DNA of 64,000 bases, from positions 44,642,001 through 44,706,000 of the forward strand of contig NW_024704742.1 in the NCBI RefSeq assembly GCF_018977255.1. Direction: 5' to 3'. The stretch is from Callorhinchus milii (taxonomy: Eukaryota). This document shows positions 12,553 to 25,605 of the stretch, in pieces. The translations under genes and the position numbers were made by a program. Every line of letters starts with the position of its first letter. Within the stretch, counting starts at the first letter, position 1. The notes under the pieces were generated by a model. The model was not told where the DNA came from. It worked only from the letters and a program-made list of their open reading frames with translations, and searched no databases.

Positions 12553-15169
12553 TTAGGTGACTGCAACATTCCTAAGCTCAATTATATGCTCCTTACCAAG
12601 CTGTTTTGGTTTATTTGTACCAGATAACTGTATGAATGATGACTTCTCGGGGAATGATTTTTGTACTCTGAAATCATGGTTCAAAGCCTCTTTACACCAC
12701 AATAAATTACAATCGAACATAACCCAAACCAAATACATCAACATACACCATTACACACCAATGCACATCATTTATTAAAAAATATGCATGTGAATTTCCT
12801 GATGCTTCTGTTGGTGTTGAACAGGATAAACCATCCAAGGTCTATAAAATCTGTATAATCTCACTGTAGTCATCTTGACATCACTATAAAATTGATTCAT
12901 GCTCCTTTGATAATTTATTTTTGTTCAGCTTGGTAGCTGACACACACAGAAAATCATCATCATACTTAGGAGTCACCAAACTATCCTACTGAGAGTTCCA
13001 TATATTTCTGGTTTCCAATTGTCTAATATAGAGTGTGCACACTCTATATTAGACAGAGGGAAACACCTCACAAGCCTAATCTCAGAGAATTTAGGCATAG
13101 GCTAGCAAGAGTAAAGACTTGGAGACCCCATGATGTCTGTTGGGTACCAGCTAAAATCGAGACTCTGCTTGTGCTGATTGCTTGGCTGAAAATAATTCCA
13201 GTGATAACACTGGTTAATGGCGCCCATTACTTAATGATTAGAGACAAAAGAGACAAAGGATGAATAGCATAAATCGAGAACCAGGTATGCATCATTCAAA
13301 AATGCCTGCATGAATGAGAGAAGGTGATCGTACATGGTGTTACCTGTAAAAATTCTATTGAAGTGTATTTACAATAATTTTAGGATAGTTGTGATGGAAT
13401 AAAGTGTCACAGTGTATTTAAGCTAACTGAGGAGACAGACGGAGTCATAGGCAAACCACACCTTAGCAAACAATTGAACGGGTATATTAAACAGCCTTCA
13501 AGGTATGAATGAATAAGAGTATTCTGATCTTAGCTTTGGTATTGATAGAATTGAGCAAAGAGACTCACCACTGAAAGACAAGAGCTTTAGTCTTTATTCT
13601 TCAATCATTCAGCCTATCCTGAATTTGGAAAGATGTGTAAATTGATTTCTGTTGAGTTCAGCCTCGCTTAGAGACAACAGTTATGCTGGAATGTTGGGGT
13701 AAGATTTATGATAGATTGCTGGGGAGAGATTTCACCTGCTCTAGATTTATTCTATTTATTAGGCAATTCAGAGCATCTAGAATTTGGCAAATTTGTAAAT
13801 GCAGCATTAATTTTGCAGCCAGTTCTTTGTAGGTTCTTTTAAGTACTTTCAAAAAAGGTACTTTGGTGTCACAGTGTATTTAGGTTAACTGAGGAGACTG
13901 ATCTATAAGGATACATTGCATATCATCATGACTACACATCACACCAAGATAAGATATTACAAAAAATGACACGCACTAAATTCTCTAATAAGTGAGAAAC
14001 AAAAAGTTCAAAATGACACAAACATAAAGAATAAACGTCCATAATAATTTGCAAAGTTGAGGTATTTTGCCGAGTAATATATTTAATCTTTAACACAACA
14101 ACGGAAGATATAGGGAACAGTAATAAACTATAACTGTGATGAAAAACTGATGTGTTCCTATAGTGTTCAACTAAATTGGTGACCTGTGCAATCATGGACA
14201 ACTTAACATGGGAAGGAATGTTAATTGTAGTCAATTGAGAGCCTTTTCTTTAAGTGTATGTACGAAATTCCATAGCCATTATTTATTGTTGACTGTTTTG
14301 GTTTCTTATTGTTCCTCCAAGATTGCTGTGATGTATATCATTGCTTGCACAATGGAAAGTGAAGGCACTACTCCTGTCACTTGTACCCAGGGATATTCAT
14401 TTTAACTATCCCGATTGAAGGAGGGCACCTAGTCATGCTGTTTTTCATAAGGTGAGGTGTTTAATGCAGTACATAATTGCATTGGTGTACTAGATGGGTA
14501 TGAAAGTGGATCATTGATCATCTGCCTTGTGTGAGCATGGTCCTTCTTCAAGGATTAGTGAAAATAAAGTATTTTTCTGGGACAAAGTGCACAACATGGC
14601 TTGAACCTATAACCTTCTAACTCAGCGGTGAGAGTACAATACTGCAGTACTACCAAACCATGTATTGTGTCACAGTAAATATACTGTAAATATACTGTGA
14701 CACACAATACATCGATTAGCTGTCAAATGATTCCAACTTGCTGAACAAAAGCATGAAGTCACTCTTTAAATCCTAACATTATTTGTAACACTTAATTCAG
14801 ATAAGATATCCACTGAGATGAGTTTGAAGGCCATTTTATTCCAGACATGTTGTTGAGTCTTTTCTCAATGATGATTTTCTAAAAAAAGAGAAAGTTTTTA
14901 AGACCTTTCCCAGCTTCCATCTCACTCCATTATATTCTTAAGATTTCTAATTTGAATGAAGGAAGGCTGTATTTTTAACGTTTTTCTAATCAGTTAAGAG
15001 TATAGCAACACTCATGCCTTATGTCACAACCTTTAATGTTGGAGTCGGATAGTAGCATCTTCCACAAAGTCCCAGGGCAGGAACAGATTAGAAGTTCAAA
15101 TGCTAATTGTACCTTGAACTGTTACAGACTTTCAGACATATGAAGTTGTGGGAATAAAACGAATAAACT

Positions 15170-15280
15170 TTTGGTCACCTTCCTCCCCCTCCCCTTGGCT
15201 CGGCGCCGGGATTCGTTACTGTAAAGCGCTCTGAGATGCCGTTCGGCGTGGAGGGGGCTATATAAATCCAAGTTGTTGTA
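15170..15280 (+). mobile_element. L2 3' tail (family D), tail-to-tail with a minus-strand SINE tail (about 15279-15430)
   Basis: TGGTCACCTTCCTCCCC...AAGCGCTCTGAGATGCCGTTCGGCGTGGAGGG...CCAAGTTGTTG, then AATAATAATCTTTGC. Confidence 0.8.
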
Positions 15281-17689
15281 ATAATAATCTTTGCTTTGGA
15301 TATAGCACCTTCTCACAGCATTGCGACATTACAAGATTTGAAAGCATTTCACATGATTCATTGTTAACATGCAAATAGCCTATTGCACAAATTGCACAGC
15401 CTATTGTTAAGGCTGTGCAAACAAATGATGTACACCTGAACATCTCACTTAAAGGAATATGCTCCCAATTGTAACAGTTTTCCAAGCAAAGATGTTTGGC
15501 CCCTCTGCATTACTTTGGCGGGCGAGAGAGCCGTAAATTAATACTAATGTTAATGCTGCACAAAGCTAATATAAATCACTGAATAAAGCAATGGTGAATG
15601 GCTACCGAGCAGTTAATATGGTCTATTTAAAGGTTTTACAGGGCTATTGGGGTTTTTTTGTACAAAGAAACGGATTTCTAAATCTTTCACGGACATTAAA
15701 ACAACTTTTTTTTGCAATTCAAATTATGCTACAAATTAGTAATGTACTGCATGGAAATTCAAGCTCAAGATGTGATGACAAAACCACCCAAAATAATGCA
15801 TAGCTCAATAAACTTGTGTTGTCATCCAATTTCTGTCACAATGTTACAATAATTCAGGTGCAGCTTCTGTTCATTCAATAACAAAATGACAATCCAAGTA
15901 GTTGGTAGTTTGTTATAATATTTTGTGAAATATTTCTTCTCTTTAGTGTGAGGAATTTAATTTGTAATTTTCAGAGCTTACCAGTTTCTTTTTCTTGAAA
16001 TATTCCATGACATCTCAGTTGTTTTTCAAGCCGTTTATTTCTGTGCTGATCTGAGAAATATAGAAATTTACGTAGAGAAGAAGCAAAGAAGGCCGTTCGG
16101 CCCAGCAAAGTTGACTCCCCACTGGGAACGGGAGTTACCGACTTTTTCATCTTTGCATGCTGTCAACGGTACTGCATTCACAGTTAACTTGAGTTCTTTG
16201 CAAAGAAGGACAACTCCTTTTCTTATTTGGGAGAATTGCTGAGTTCAAACAATAGTGAAGACTTAAGCTTTAACTTAGATCTTGAGATTAAGATCCGACA
16301 TTCAATATTCCCTTAAAAAGATTGCAGTTTGTTATTTTCATGCAGGAACGCCAATACAGTCCTCAAATAATTATATGTAACTAGTCAAATATTCCAGTCA
16401 TTTTGAAGATTCTTTCCATTAGAACAGATAATGTTTTATGCATAAAACTTGACTGAGAACAAACACAACCATCTGTACCTGGGACAGTGAAAGATAAAAT
16501 AACTTTGCCGGTATAGCATTCCATCTGCCAACTTCACAAGAAATCTTGGTTCTGTCAAGAAGTGAGTTCTTCTCCAACATACTCTGATATATTGTGGCTC
16601 ATGGCTTTATTGACCATCTTTTGCATCAGAAGATATTTGGTCTTTGAATAATTCCATGTGTCATTTTCTATGCAGTACACCTAGCGACGATGAATATTGA
16701 AAATTATGAAATAGCTAATCAGTTGTATGGAAGTGTTTGAAAAAGCGACTGGCGAGCTGTCAGATTGTGCAAGCCATCAAGCAGCATCTCCTGTAAAAAT
16801 GTAAGTTAGCACAACTACCAAAATATTGGAGTGTACAATACGATTTACAATACAGTTTACTGTATGATTTACATTTTTATAGTGCCTTTCATGGTGAGAG
16901 GATATCTCAGAGCACTTAAATCGTGAGTATATTTGCTAACCAGCAGATTTGTTGCATTATTTGTGACTTCCTGTTTGTAAAGTTCACAAACCTTAAATCC
17001 CAAGTCAAGAGGAAAGCCTATGGGCAAAACAGGTATCCTTTACTGCTTGCATTTTATGGAGTTTTATTAGACTTTTCCTATTTTGGATTGTGCCACAAAT
17101 TTCGGGAAGTAGATGTCAGAAACCATATATTATTAACCAAATCATTACGGTTTGCAAATGTCACAAATTAGACCAGAGTGCAGACATTTTATCCAGGCTT
17201 AGCTTGTTAGACAATTTGTAAGAACATACATAGTTGTGGAGAATTTTAAAACTCAACTTAAACTTGGAAACCTTTTGTTTTGAAGACTGCTACAGTCTCA
17301 GAGTAGTGGTGACACCCACTTACATGGTGTGGGGAAAGTTTTCCCCTCAATCTCAATATTACATCTGAGTGGAACAAAATGCTTGTTATAACAAAGTTGC
17401 CAAGGATGCGTTTTCACATCTGGGTATATCACCTTAGTGGTCTAAATTCCATTCAATCCTCTATCAATGAAAGAATGAAAAAGTAACAAAGCTTGGTGGA
17501 AAATGTAAGATGTATTTTGTTAAATACACAGCAGATTCTGTAGACCTATTTGTATGGGGCAAAAATGTCTCCATTACTTGAAGTGAAATCCTTAATTATT
17601 CCTCATTAAAAATAGAAAAGTAATTGGCACTCACAGGTAAGGTTTGAGTATTTTCCTATTCAAACTCCATCTTTTGTGATGATTTGTGG

Positions 17690-18015
17690 AGACCCATAGG
17701 CTAGTGGTGAGCACGGGTTTGATTCCTGGGCAGGGCGAAACATTAGACAAATTTCCTTTCGCTGCACGCCTCTGTTTTCCCAGCAGTAAAATGTGTCAGC
17801 CAATTGCGTACAGCAGTGTTACACAAAACGTCTTGGGTTGAGTGATCAAATTATAATTTTGTTTGATGATTATTACTCCAGAAAAGCAATCCACCAATTA
17901 ACTAACAACTTAGTTCCTACTTACTACTAGGTGAACAGAGGCTCGGTTTCGCCCTGCCTGGGAATCAAACCAAAGTCCTCTCGCTTGCAAGACTAGTGTT
18001 CTAACCACTAACCTA
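17690..18015. mobile_element. Inverted pair of CORE/Deu SINE fragments (+ head 17690-17790; - body and head 17792-18015)
   Basis: CCTGGGCAGGGCGAAAC on + and GTTTCGCCCTGCCTGGG on -; both tails missing. Confidence 0.8.
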
Positions 18016-18854
18016 TTGTTTGTCTCAGACAACAATATCTGTCTCTTGCGGGGTCTGTGTGGTTAAACACAGCTCCTCTTATCAGAGATATTTTTTTCAA
18101 TTTAGCTTAGAAGAAACTCCTTAGTCCTAGTGAATACTGGTCTTGGGAAGTATTTGTAATGCAGGGAGTAATGCCTCAGAAACAAACTGCTATTGATAAC
18201 ACTGTTTCACTGCACTGTTAGACATATTACACATATAGGATGCCAGCTCGCAATTTCCTGGATATTCTGAAGGAGGCGGATGAAGGGGGAAATATCTTGA
18301 TTCTTTGTTCTAATTACCAACTTCCAAAAGTAACCACTTTGAAGATCTGCAGGACTCTGTCCAGAACCTCTCTTTCAACACAACTCATCTGGTCAAAGTG
18401 ACTGAACCACAAACCAATTAAATTATATAATTATGGATGTGGTGACCTTTTTTGTCACAGGCAATATAAAAAATAATTGGCACTCATACGCAGGTCGAGA
18501 TGTTCCTTCCAAATGTTTGTAATCGCTGGCATTAATGGTAACATCATGGTGCCAGTAGTTACACCCCACCCTGCCAAGTGCTGGCCACAGCTTTCAATGT
18601 CCCATGACAAAGATGGTAATGTATTGATTCTGCAGGTTTTACAATACAATGCAAATTTACATTTATTAAGTGCCTTTCATATTAGGAGGATGTCCTAAGG
18701 CACTTAACAAGTCTGGCTTGACACCTAAACTGGGGTTGGGAGCCGAGGGCTAAAAACCCATTTACCGAAGGTTGAATTTTTTAGGTTCAAGACCTACGCT
18801 GAGACTTTGAAATCTGTCTAGGTTGACACTCTAATTCTGGTCTGGGGGTGTGTT

Positions 18855-19145
18855 GTATTGTCCTTCAGATGAGATGTTAGCCTGAGGTCCAGTCTGCTTG
18901 TTTCGGTGTACATTAAAGATCCCATGGCACTATTAAAAAAAGGCAATTTCTCCTGGTGACCTGACCAATATTTCCCCAGATTAAATTGGTCACTTGCTTG
19001 ATGACTGGTTGTAGGACATTGCTGTGTGCAAATTGCCTGCTGCATTTCACCTACAAAATAGCATCACTTTGCAGTAAAACCTGTGAGGCATTGTGACATA
19101 TCCTCCTGACGTGAAAAGTACTATATCAAATGCCAGAATTATTAA
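18855..19145 (+). mobile_element. Old Deu SINE, head missing
   Basis: CTTCAGATGAGATGTTA...TAAAGATCCCATGGCACTATT...TTGCTGTGTGCAAATTG...CCTCCTGACGTGAAAAG. Confidence 0.8.
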
Positions 19146-19433
19146 GATTTTCTCATAGCTTTAGTTTCTTAGAATCATCCCAGTTACCCATTTCTGAAGG
19201 ACAATAAAATTATTCTTAAATTTAAGTGCCTAAAATCAGGCACTAGAATAATTTATTCAATCAACAACATAAGCTCTTGATTTGTTATTTTCCCTCTGCT
19301 AAGTCCACTTATCTTGAAATGATGCTTTCATGAATTTATCCAGTATAATTTGTTTGATAATTCTATGGAAATCCACCATTACTCGGCGCTGAGAAGAGAT
19401 TCCTTCTTTTAAACTGACTGTCTGTAGTTGTAT

Positions 19434-19795
19434 ATAATAATAATGCTTGCATTTGATATAACACCTTATCACATCTTTGAGATGTCTTAAAATGCTTCAT
19501 ACAATATACTGTAAAGTGAATTGACACTATACTTTGTGGGCGAAACCCGGCAACCAATTGCACACAGGAGTGCCCCACAAATAATCGTGGATTGAGCGAC
19601 TAATTTATTATTATTAATTTTTTTTTTGAAGGAATTATAACCCCCAGAAAACCGATCCACCAATCGACTAATGTACTGCTAGGTAAACAGAGGCATGTGG
19701 AGTAAGGAAACTTGCCCAAAGTTTGGCCCTGCCGGGAATCAAACCCAGGTGTCTCACTTGCGGGATGAGTGTTCTAACCACTGAGGTACAGGACT
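19434..19795 (-). mobile_element. tRNA-Ala/CORE/Deu SINE, long subfamily, near full length
   Basis: Tail, Deu, full CORE and head (CTAACCACTGAGGTACAGGACT) all present. Confidence 0.9.
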
Positions 19796-19801
19796 TTATA
19801 T

Positions 19802-20016
19802 AACAACAACAGCAACAACTTGGATTTATATAGCACCCGCCACGCCGGATGGCATCTCAGAGTGCTTCACAGTAACGGATCCCGGGGCCGAGCCAGGGGG
19901 AGGGGGAGGAAGGTGACCAAAGGCACGATTGAAAAGAAAGGTCTTCAGCTGAGACCTGAAAATAGGAAGAGAGGGGACGAGGCGAAGGGACTGAGGAAGG
20001 GAGTTCCAGAGCCTCC
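19802..20016 (-). mobile_element. L2 3' fragment (family D)
   Basis: RLWNSLPQSLRLVPSLPIFRSQLKTFLF, stem-loop, (CAA)n tail. Confidence 0.9.
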
Positions 20017-20018
20017 AT

Positions 20019-20343
20019 ATAATAATAATAATAATAATCCTTGCATTTGATATAGCGCTTTTCACATCGGGAGGACGTCCCAAAGCGCTTCACAGAACAC
20101 ACTGTAAAGTGAATTGACTGTATATTTGTGGGCGAACGCGGCAGCCAATTGCGCACAGCAATGTCCCACAAACAGTCGTAGATTGAAAATGACCAATTTT
20201 ATTATTGCTTTTGGTTTTTGGAAGGATTATTATTAGGCGTGTGGACTAAGGAAACTTGCCCAAGGTTTCGCCCTGCCTGGAATTGAACTCAGGTCTCTCG
20301 CTTGCAAAGCGAGTGCTCTAACCACTGAGCTACAGGACTCCAC
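20019..20343 (-). mobile_element. tRNA-Ala/CORE/Deu SINE, short young subfamily, full length
   Basis: Near-identical to 50951-51270; intact A and B boxes; CpGs retained. Confidence 0.95.
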
Positions 20344-21019
20344 TGGAAATAATTATCAAATAAATGTTAATTTTAGGTTTGGTTTTGGTGGTGGGCTAGC
20401 ATCAGATAAAACAAATCTTTGGCTGGGTCTAAGTTTGAAGACTCGAATATGCTGGTCAAACTATCTCCATCCTCTTACTGTCATATGTTTTGGTATCCTG
20501 ATTTATTTTGCTTCCATGATCATTGTTCATCTTAAATTTTTACTCCTAACTCCAAACCCTACACACAACCTGATACTCTATGGATCCTTGCTGTCTTGAA
20601 ATCAAGGTTCCTAGCTCCATCTTCTTATTCTTTCCCAGGTCTTCAAAATTATTGAACCTTTTACTTCCCTCAATCTTCCATTTGTTCAAAAATCCATTTG
20701 CTTTTTAATCTCAACCTTGGAGTCACTGAATCACTTCTTCATTTATTTTTGTCTTCTTTCACACTCTTTATAACCTTGCTTTTATTCACAGTGACATTGG
20801 TGATGCACAATTATAGTGACAAAATCCCATTATTAATCAGCACCACAAAAAGTGCTATCTATAACTCTGACTGGAATTTCACACCATGTGTGTTATCCTG
20901 AGCCTGAGCCTTCATCTAGGTTTCTCATTTGAAAGAGAGTCTGATTTATCTCTTTAACATTCGTAGGTTCTAGAGGGTTTTCATCTGTGATAAAAAGCAC
21001 AAGTAAAACGATCTGTCAC

Positions 21020-21760
21020 TTTTGCTTGTGGATATGTACTGAAGGTCGAATCAGTTCCAATTACCAAGAAATTGATTGGAGAGAGAAAGGAAAGTTTTTT
21101 TTTACATTCCACTTTCACTGCAATTATAGAGGTTAGAACATATTCCTTGGAGAAGTCCCAGTCTTTAACCCCAGCAGCTACAGATCTTACCACCTTCAGC
21201 AAGTTACAGAATTATTTTTCACAGCGGTCCTGCAGTCTGTTATAATCAAACGCTTTCACGCTTTCAATATAATAGGAAATGCTGAGAAGTCTGTTTGTGC
21301 CTTTTAGGCATTCAAAGAACACCTTAGATCCGGAACTGGTTTCAGTGATAAATTTGTAGCAATCATGTGGGAAGAAAAGCTGTACTTTAAACTGAGAAAA
21401 TGTTCATTGCAGATGGCTGCATCGGGTCAGCACTTCTCAAAGAGAACAGCAAGCTGAGTTTGGATGGTTGAAGAAAGCAATCCAGGTAAGTGAAAAGGCA
21501 CAGAGCCAAAAAGCGTCACTAGGTAGGGTTGTACTAATCTGATTTCCACATCTGGGAGTTTAGGATGTTGGCTATGCTGTTCACAGGAAAAAACGTTTTG
21601 AATGGATATCCAGAAATTTCTGAAATGTAAACCAGATACCAAATGTTCATTCTTTTGAAATAAGTCGACTTTTCACGCTTTAAATCATACTCTGACATAG
21701 AGGCTTTAGTTACTGGGATATTAAGGTTTTTCAAAGAATGTTTTATTGTCAGCCAAATCA
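21020..21760 (-). mobile_element. Probable highly decayed tyrosine-recombinase ORF of a DIRS/Ngaro-like retroelement
   Basis: Collinear minus-strand peptides with stops and frameshifts: RFLALCLFTYLDCFLQPSKL..SLRSAD, AFDYNRLQD, LAEGGK/SVAAGVKDWDF; these resemble recalled YR motifs FLRxSEL..LR..D, LSYxR and LRxGGAT.A..AGV.DR.F. Confidence 0.45.
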
Positions 21761-23789
21761 AATTTTGAATTCAAGAAATTGTCTTACTCCTTTGTTTTGT
21801 CCTATTTAATTCATTAGATGTTATAAGAGCCACGTGTATTTCAATGATGAGGCAGAAATGAGAAATAGAAAGAGACCTGGGGTATTTGTTGATTCATCAC
21901 TTTCCTTGTACAAACAGTACAAGAAACAATAAGGAAAGGAAACGTGATACTGCAGTACATTTCAAAATCAGTCGAGTTCAAATATTCCCAGCAGTTATAC
22001 TCAATTTGTGTACTTTTGTAGTCACAAACGTATGTTTCATGCATGTAACAACTTTATTTTTTCAGGCAGCTACAACTTGTTACAGAAGCTATGCATCAAT
22101 GCACCTAGTAGCCTCATGCCAACCTAATACATTTCCCTAGCAGCCAAACAGAGTGGTTGTAAGCAGAGAATAAAACACACATGACTCCAAAGCTAACAAA
22201 TTTATCAATGAGTGGAGAATAGTTTCCTGACCAGGAAAGAAAAAAACAGATGGGGAGATACAAACAGAAACAAAGCAGGGTTCTTATTGTTGAAGGGGAA
22301 GAGAAACTTAGTCAAATTTCTAATCTAATTACCTCCAGGATTATTTGAGTCACTCAGATCCTCCCTCCAAAGGTGGTTTTCTCCTGATTTGCTATTACTT
22401 TTAAAATCAATTGCTCTGACAATAGGCAAGAGGCAAGACTCAAGAATCAAACATGATCCAGCTCTCAGTTATCTTTGTGCTGGCAGTAATAACCTCTGTT
22501 ATGACTTATTAACTCCACTATTAGCTATAAGGCTTCTATTTTGCTTGACCACTTACCTTTATAGAAAGCCAATTACCCGATTTTGAACTCTATTGAAATA
22601 TCCCATTTCTCAAAATCTTAAATTTTGCCATTTTTCTGAATTGCAACATGCACCCACTGACAGAAATTCTAATTATGTTCATATATTCATTATTATCCAG
22701 TAGGTCTGTTAATAAGAAATCTCCGCATTTTTTGTCTTTATATTATTGGTGAGAAATATTTATTAATGACAGGATAATAATGCATATATGAACCATGTTT
22801 GTTGACTATTCTTATTTTTGTTCAGACTTTATGACTTGAATTGAAGAGGAACTGTCTTTGTTGAATTTTTGGGGGGCAAATTCGTCATCTGTGTTTGCCA
22901 GACACTGAAGGAACAACAGAATTCATAGCAACAGCATTGCTACAGCACCACTGTGTAGCTTTCGCTTGGTGTCACTGCAGTAAGCAAGGTGGGTCATCTG
23001 TTTCTGCTGTTCTCTCCTGTGGGTATTAAAAAAAAGTGATCCTTTAAGGATTTACTAGCAATCATATCCTAGATAAAACAAACAGACCATTGCTTGATTG
23101 AAAGCTTATAGTGAGTTCATGATCGGGTCTAATTTGTGAGATGTACCAAAGGATTTTTAAATAGCTATGCCACAGGATATCTAATGTTTCTCAGGCTAAC
23201 TATGTTGAACTCTACTTGGATGCTTACTTCAATTTCTGCTTCCATGAATCTGAATTCTGGCCAAAGGAGATTCACAGCACTGGCAAGATATTAGCATCAA
23301 TGGGTATCCAAGCAGACTGCTAGAGGGTCAATCTAACATATCCACTCTTTGACACAGATCAAGATATTAATACACTTTCCAACTATAACCCAATGAAAGT
23401 TCATTGTCCAGTTGTGTGTGTTTTTTATATATAATATATAAATAAAACTATTAGGTTATAGCTTATCCACTTATTACATATATCTATTTAGATATATCCA
23501 GGAATAGAAGTTTTTTTTTAATATGGCTACAGCACTCCTGGGCAATCAGTTCACTCATTCCATAGCTTCCACAAGCCCGAGTTGGAACTTTTTCATAATA
23601 TGCCAAGTCTCAGAAGATGAAAAATATCTGACCATTCAAGAACTATCAAAAGACCGAATGTCCAGAACTAACAATCTGGTGGAGGTCGCTTGATAGACCA
23701 ACTTGCCTACTCCTAATTCCTATGTTTCTATAACGAGTTAATTTGTTTTTCAACATTGAAAGTAAGCTAGTTCAGCAGGTAGTTTCTCT

Positions 23790-24450
23790 GGCTCAGCTTC
23801 AAACTCCATCACTCTTAAGTGCTCCGAGATGCTATACTGCATGAAGGCTGCTATGTAAATGCATGTTGATGTTGTTGATGCTTGACTAGGAGAAAATAAC
23901 TCTTGTTATTTCCTCCACCTCTGACATATTGCCCACCTTCGACCATATTTCACATCTAATGCAGCTGAAACTGTCATTCATGCTTTTGTCCCCTCTCGCC
24001 TCAATTTCTCCAGTGCCCTACTTGGTGGTCGTTCCAGCTCCGCTGCCCAAATCTTCACCCACACCAAACTCCGTACCACCATCAGCCCAATGTTTGCCAG
24101 GCTCCACTGGCTCCCCATTGCAGAATGGATAGATTTCAAAATGTTCATACTTACAAATTCATGTCCTAAGCTGCCCTATCTCTATGACCTGTTTATGCCC
24201 CTTCACTCAGTTGGCCTTTTATATGGCCCTTGTCTAATTGGCTCCACCATCAGCAGTGCCTGAAGCTATTATGTCCTGTACCTTTTGAATTCTCTGCCTC
24301 AATTCCTCTGCCTTGCCTGAAGACCTACCTGTTTGACTGTCTATGGTCACCTCCCCTCTCTCCCTTCAGGATCAGGCTCCACCATGATTAAGCACTCTGA
24401 GATGTGACCCATGTGAAGGGCAATATATAAATGTAAGTTCTTCTGGTTGA
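23790..24450 (+). mobile_element. Two decayed L2 3' fragments in tandem (family B tails at about 23815-23880 and 24385-24450)
   Basis: HIAHLRPY...AAET..HAF...LHWLP remnants; AAGCACTCTGAGATG...GGGCAATATATAAATG tail. Confidence 0.8.
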
Positions 24451-25179
24451 ACCTATGAATTTAGAGATTCCTTACTGTCATCCAAGTATTCCAGTTAACA
24501 TGACATTTGTTTTTAGCCCACATTTATCATCTGATTAACCCAGATCTGTTTAGGTTATATCCAAGCTGGTGTCACATGTTTTAGAAACAACAACCATATC
24601 CCAAGTTTATCTAGAACAGAAATATAGAAACATGAGTGGACATTCAGCCTCTCGAGCCTATTCTCCCATTTCATCAGATCATGGTTAATGTGTATCTGAA
24701 GTCCAATAACCTGCCCTTGCCCCATTAATATCCTAACCTAACAAATATTATCATTTCTACCATATTCAGAGGTTTACACAATCTCATAAACATCTAACTG
24801 AATATGGTAGAAATATAATAGTTGATTGAAATCTAGTCAAATATCACTCATCAGATCCATGATTAATACAAGTTACTTTCATTTGAATGTTATATTATCA
24901 ATGTTTAAGTTTTTCCAATGACAATAATGGAACTAGGCTGTGACTTGGAGTGGAATCAGCCATGCAGTCCATTTGATATTGATCACATCAAGTGAACCAG
25001 AAGTCCCTCTTCTCAACCCAAAGCTATGAAAACCCAAAAGGCAAACAGCATTAGAATTCCAGCTCCATTTCCACTGTTGGTCTGGTAATTGATGCTTACT
25101 TAAAATTTGACTTCTCAGTTATTGTACTTTAAAGTAATTCCTGTGAAGCACCTTGAGGCATTTCAATGATGTTATAAAG

Positions 25180-25605
25180 AAATAATCCTTGCGATTGATA
25201 TAAGCATCTCATCGTCAGACGTCTCAACGTGCTTCAGAGGATAAACTGCAAAATGCAATGACTGTGATTTTGTGGGTGAAACGTGCCAGTTAGTTTGCAA
25301 ACAGCAATGTTTCACAAACATTGGAGTGTTGGAGTGAGTGATTATTTTTTGATTTGGGGGATTGTTGACCAGGACACCAGGAGAAACTCCCTGTTCTCTG
25401 AATATTGCAATGGGATCTTTAATGTCCATCTGAACAGGCAGACAGGACCTGAATTTAACGACTCATCTGAAGGAAGGCACCTCCAATGCAACACACCCCT
25501 AGCACTGCATTGGAGCGTCATCTTAGACTATATGATTCCAATTCCCAATTTGGGGCTTGAACTCACAACCTCCTGACTTGGAGGTGAGAGTGCTGTCACT
25601 GAGAC
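25180..25605 (-). mobile_element. Old tRNA/Deu SINE, near full length; tail-to-tail with a + strand SINE tail (about 25075-25170)
   Basis: Tail ATAATCCTTGC, ATGGGATCTTTAATGTCCATCTGAACAGGCAGAC, head GGGGCTTGAACTCACAACC. Confidence 0.8.

Noticed and set aside
13033..13100. Second GIY-YIG remnant (CTLYIRQ...LREF)
   Set aside because: Too short and degenerate; no supporting PLE sequence nearby.
18260..18640. Helitron/PIF1 helicase-like remnant (minus strand FDQMSCVEREVLDRVLQI..FG)
   Set aside because: Only one weak motif resemblance, and the spacing is off; needs tBLASTn to support.
21400..21425. THAP-like ICNEHF motif
   Set aside because: Other THAP residues are absent; the region is better explained by the YR-like frame.
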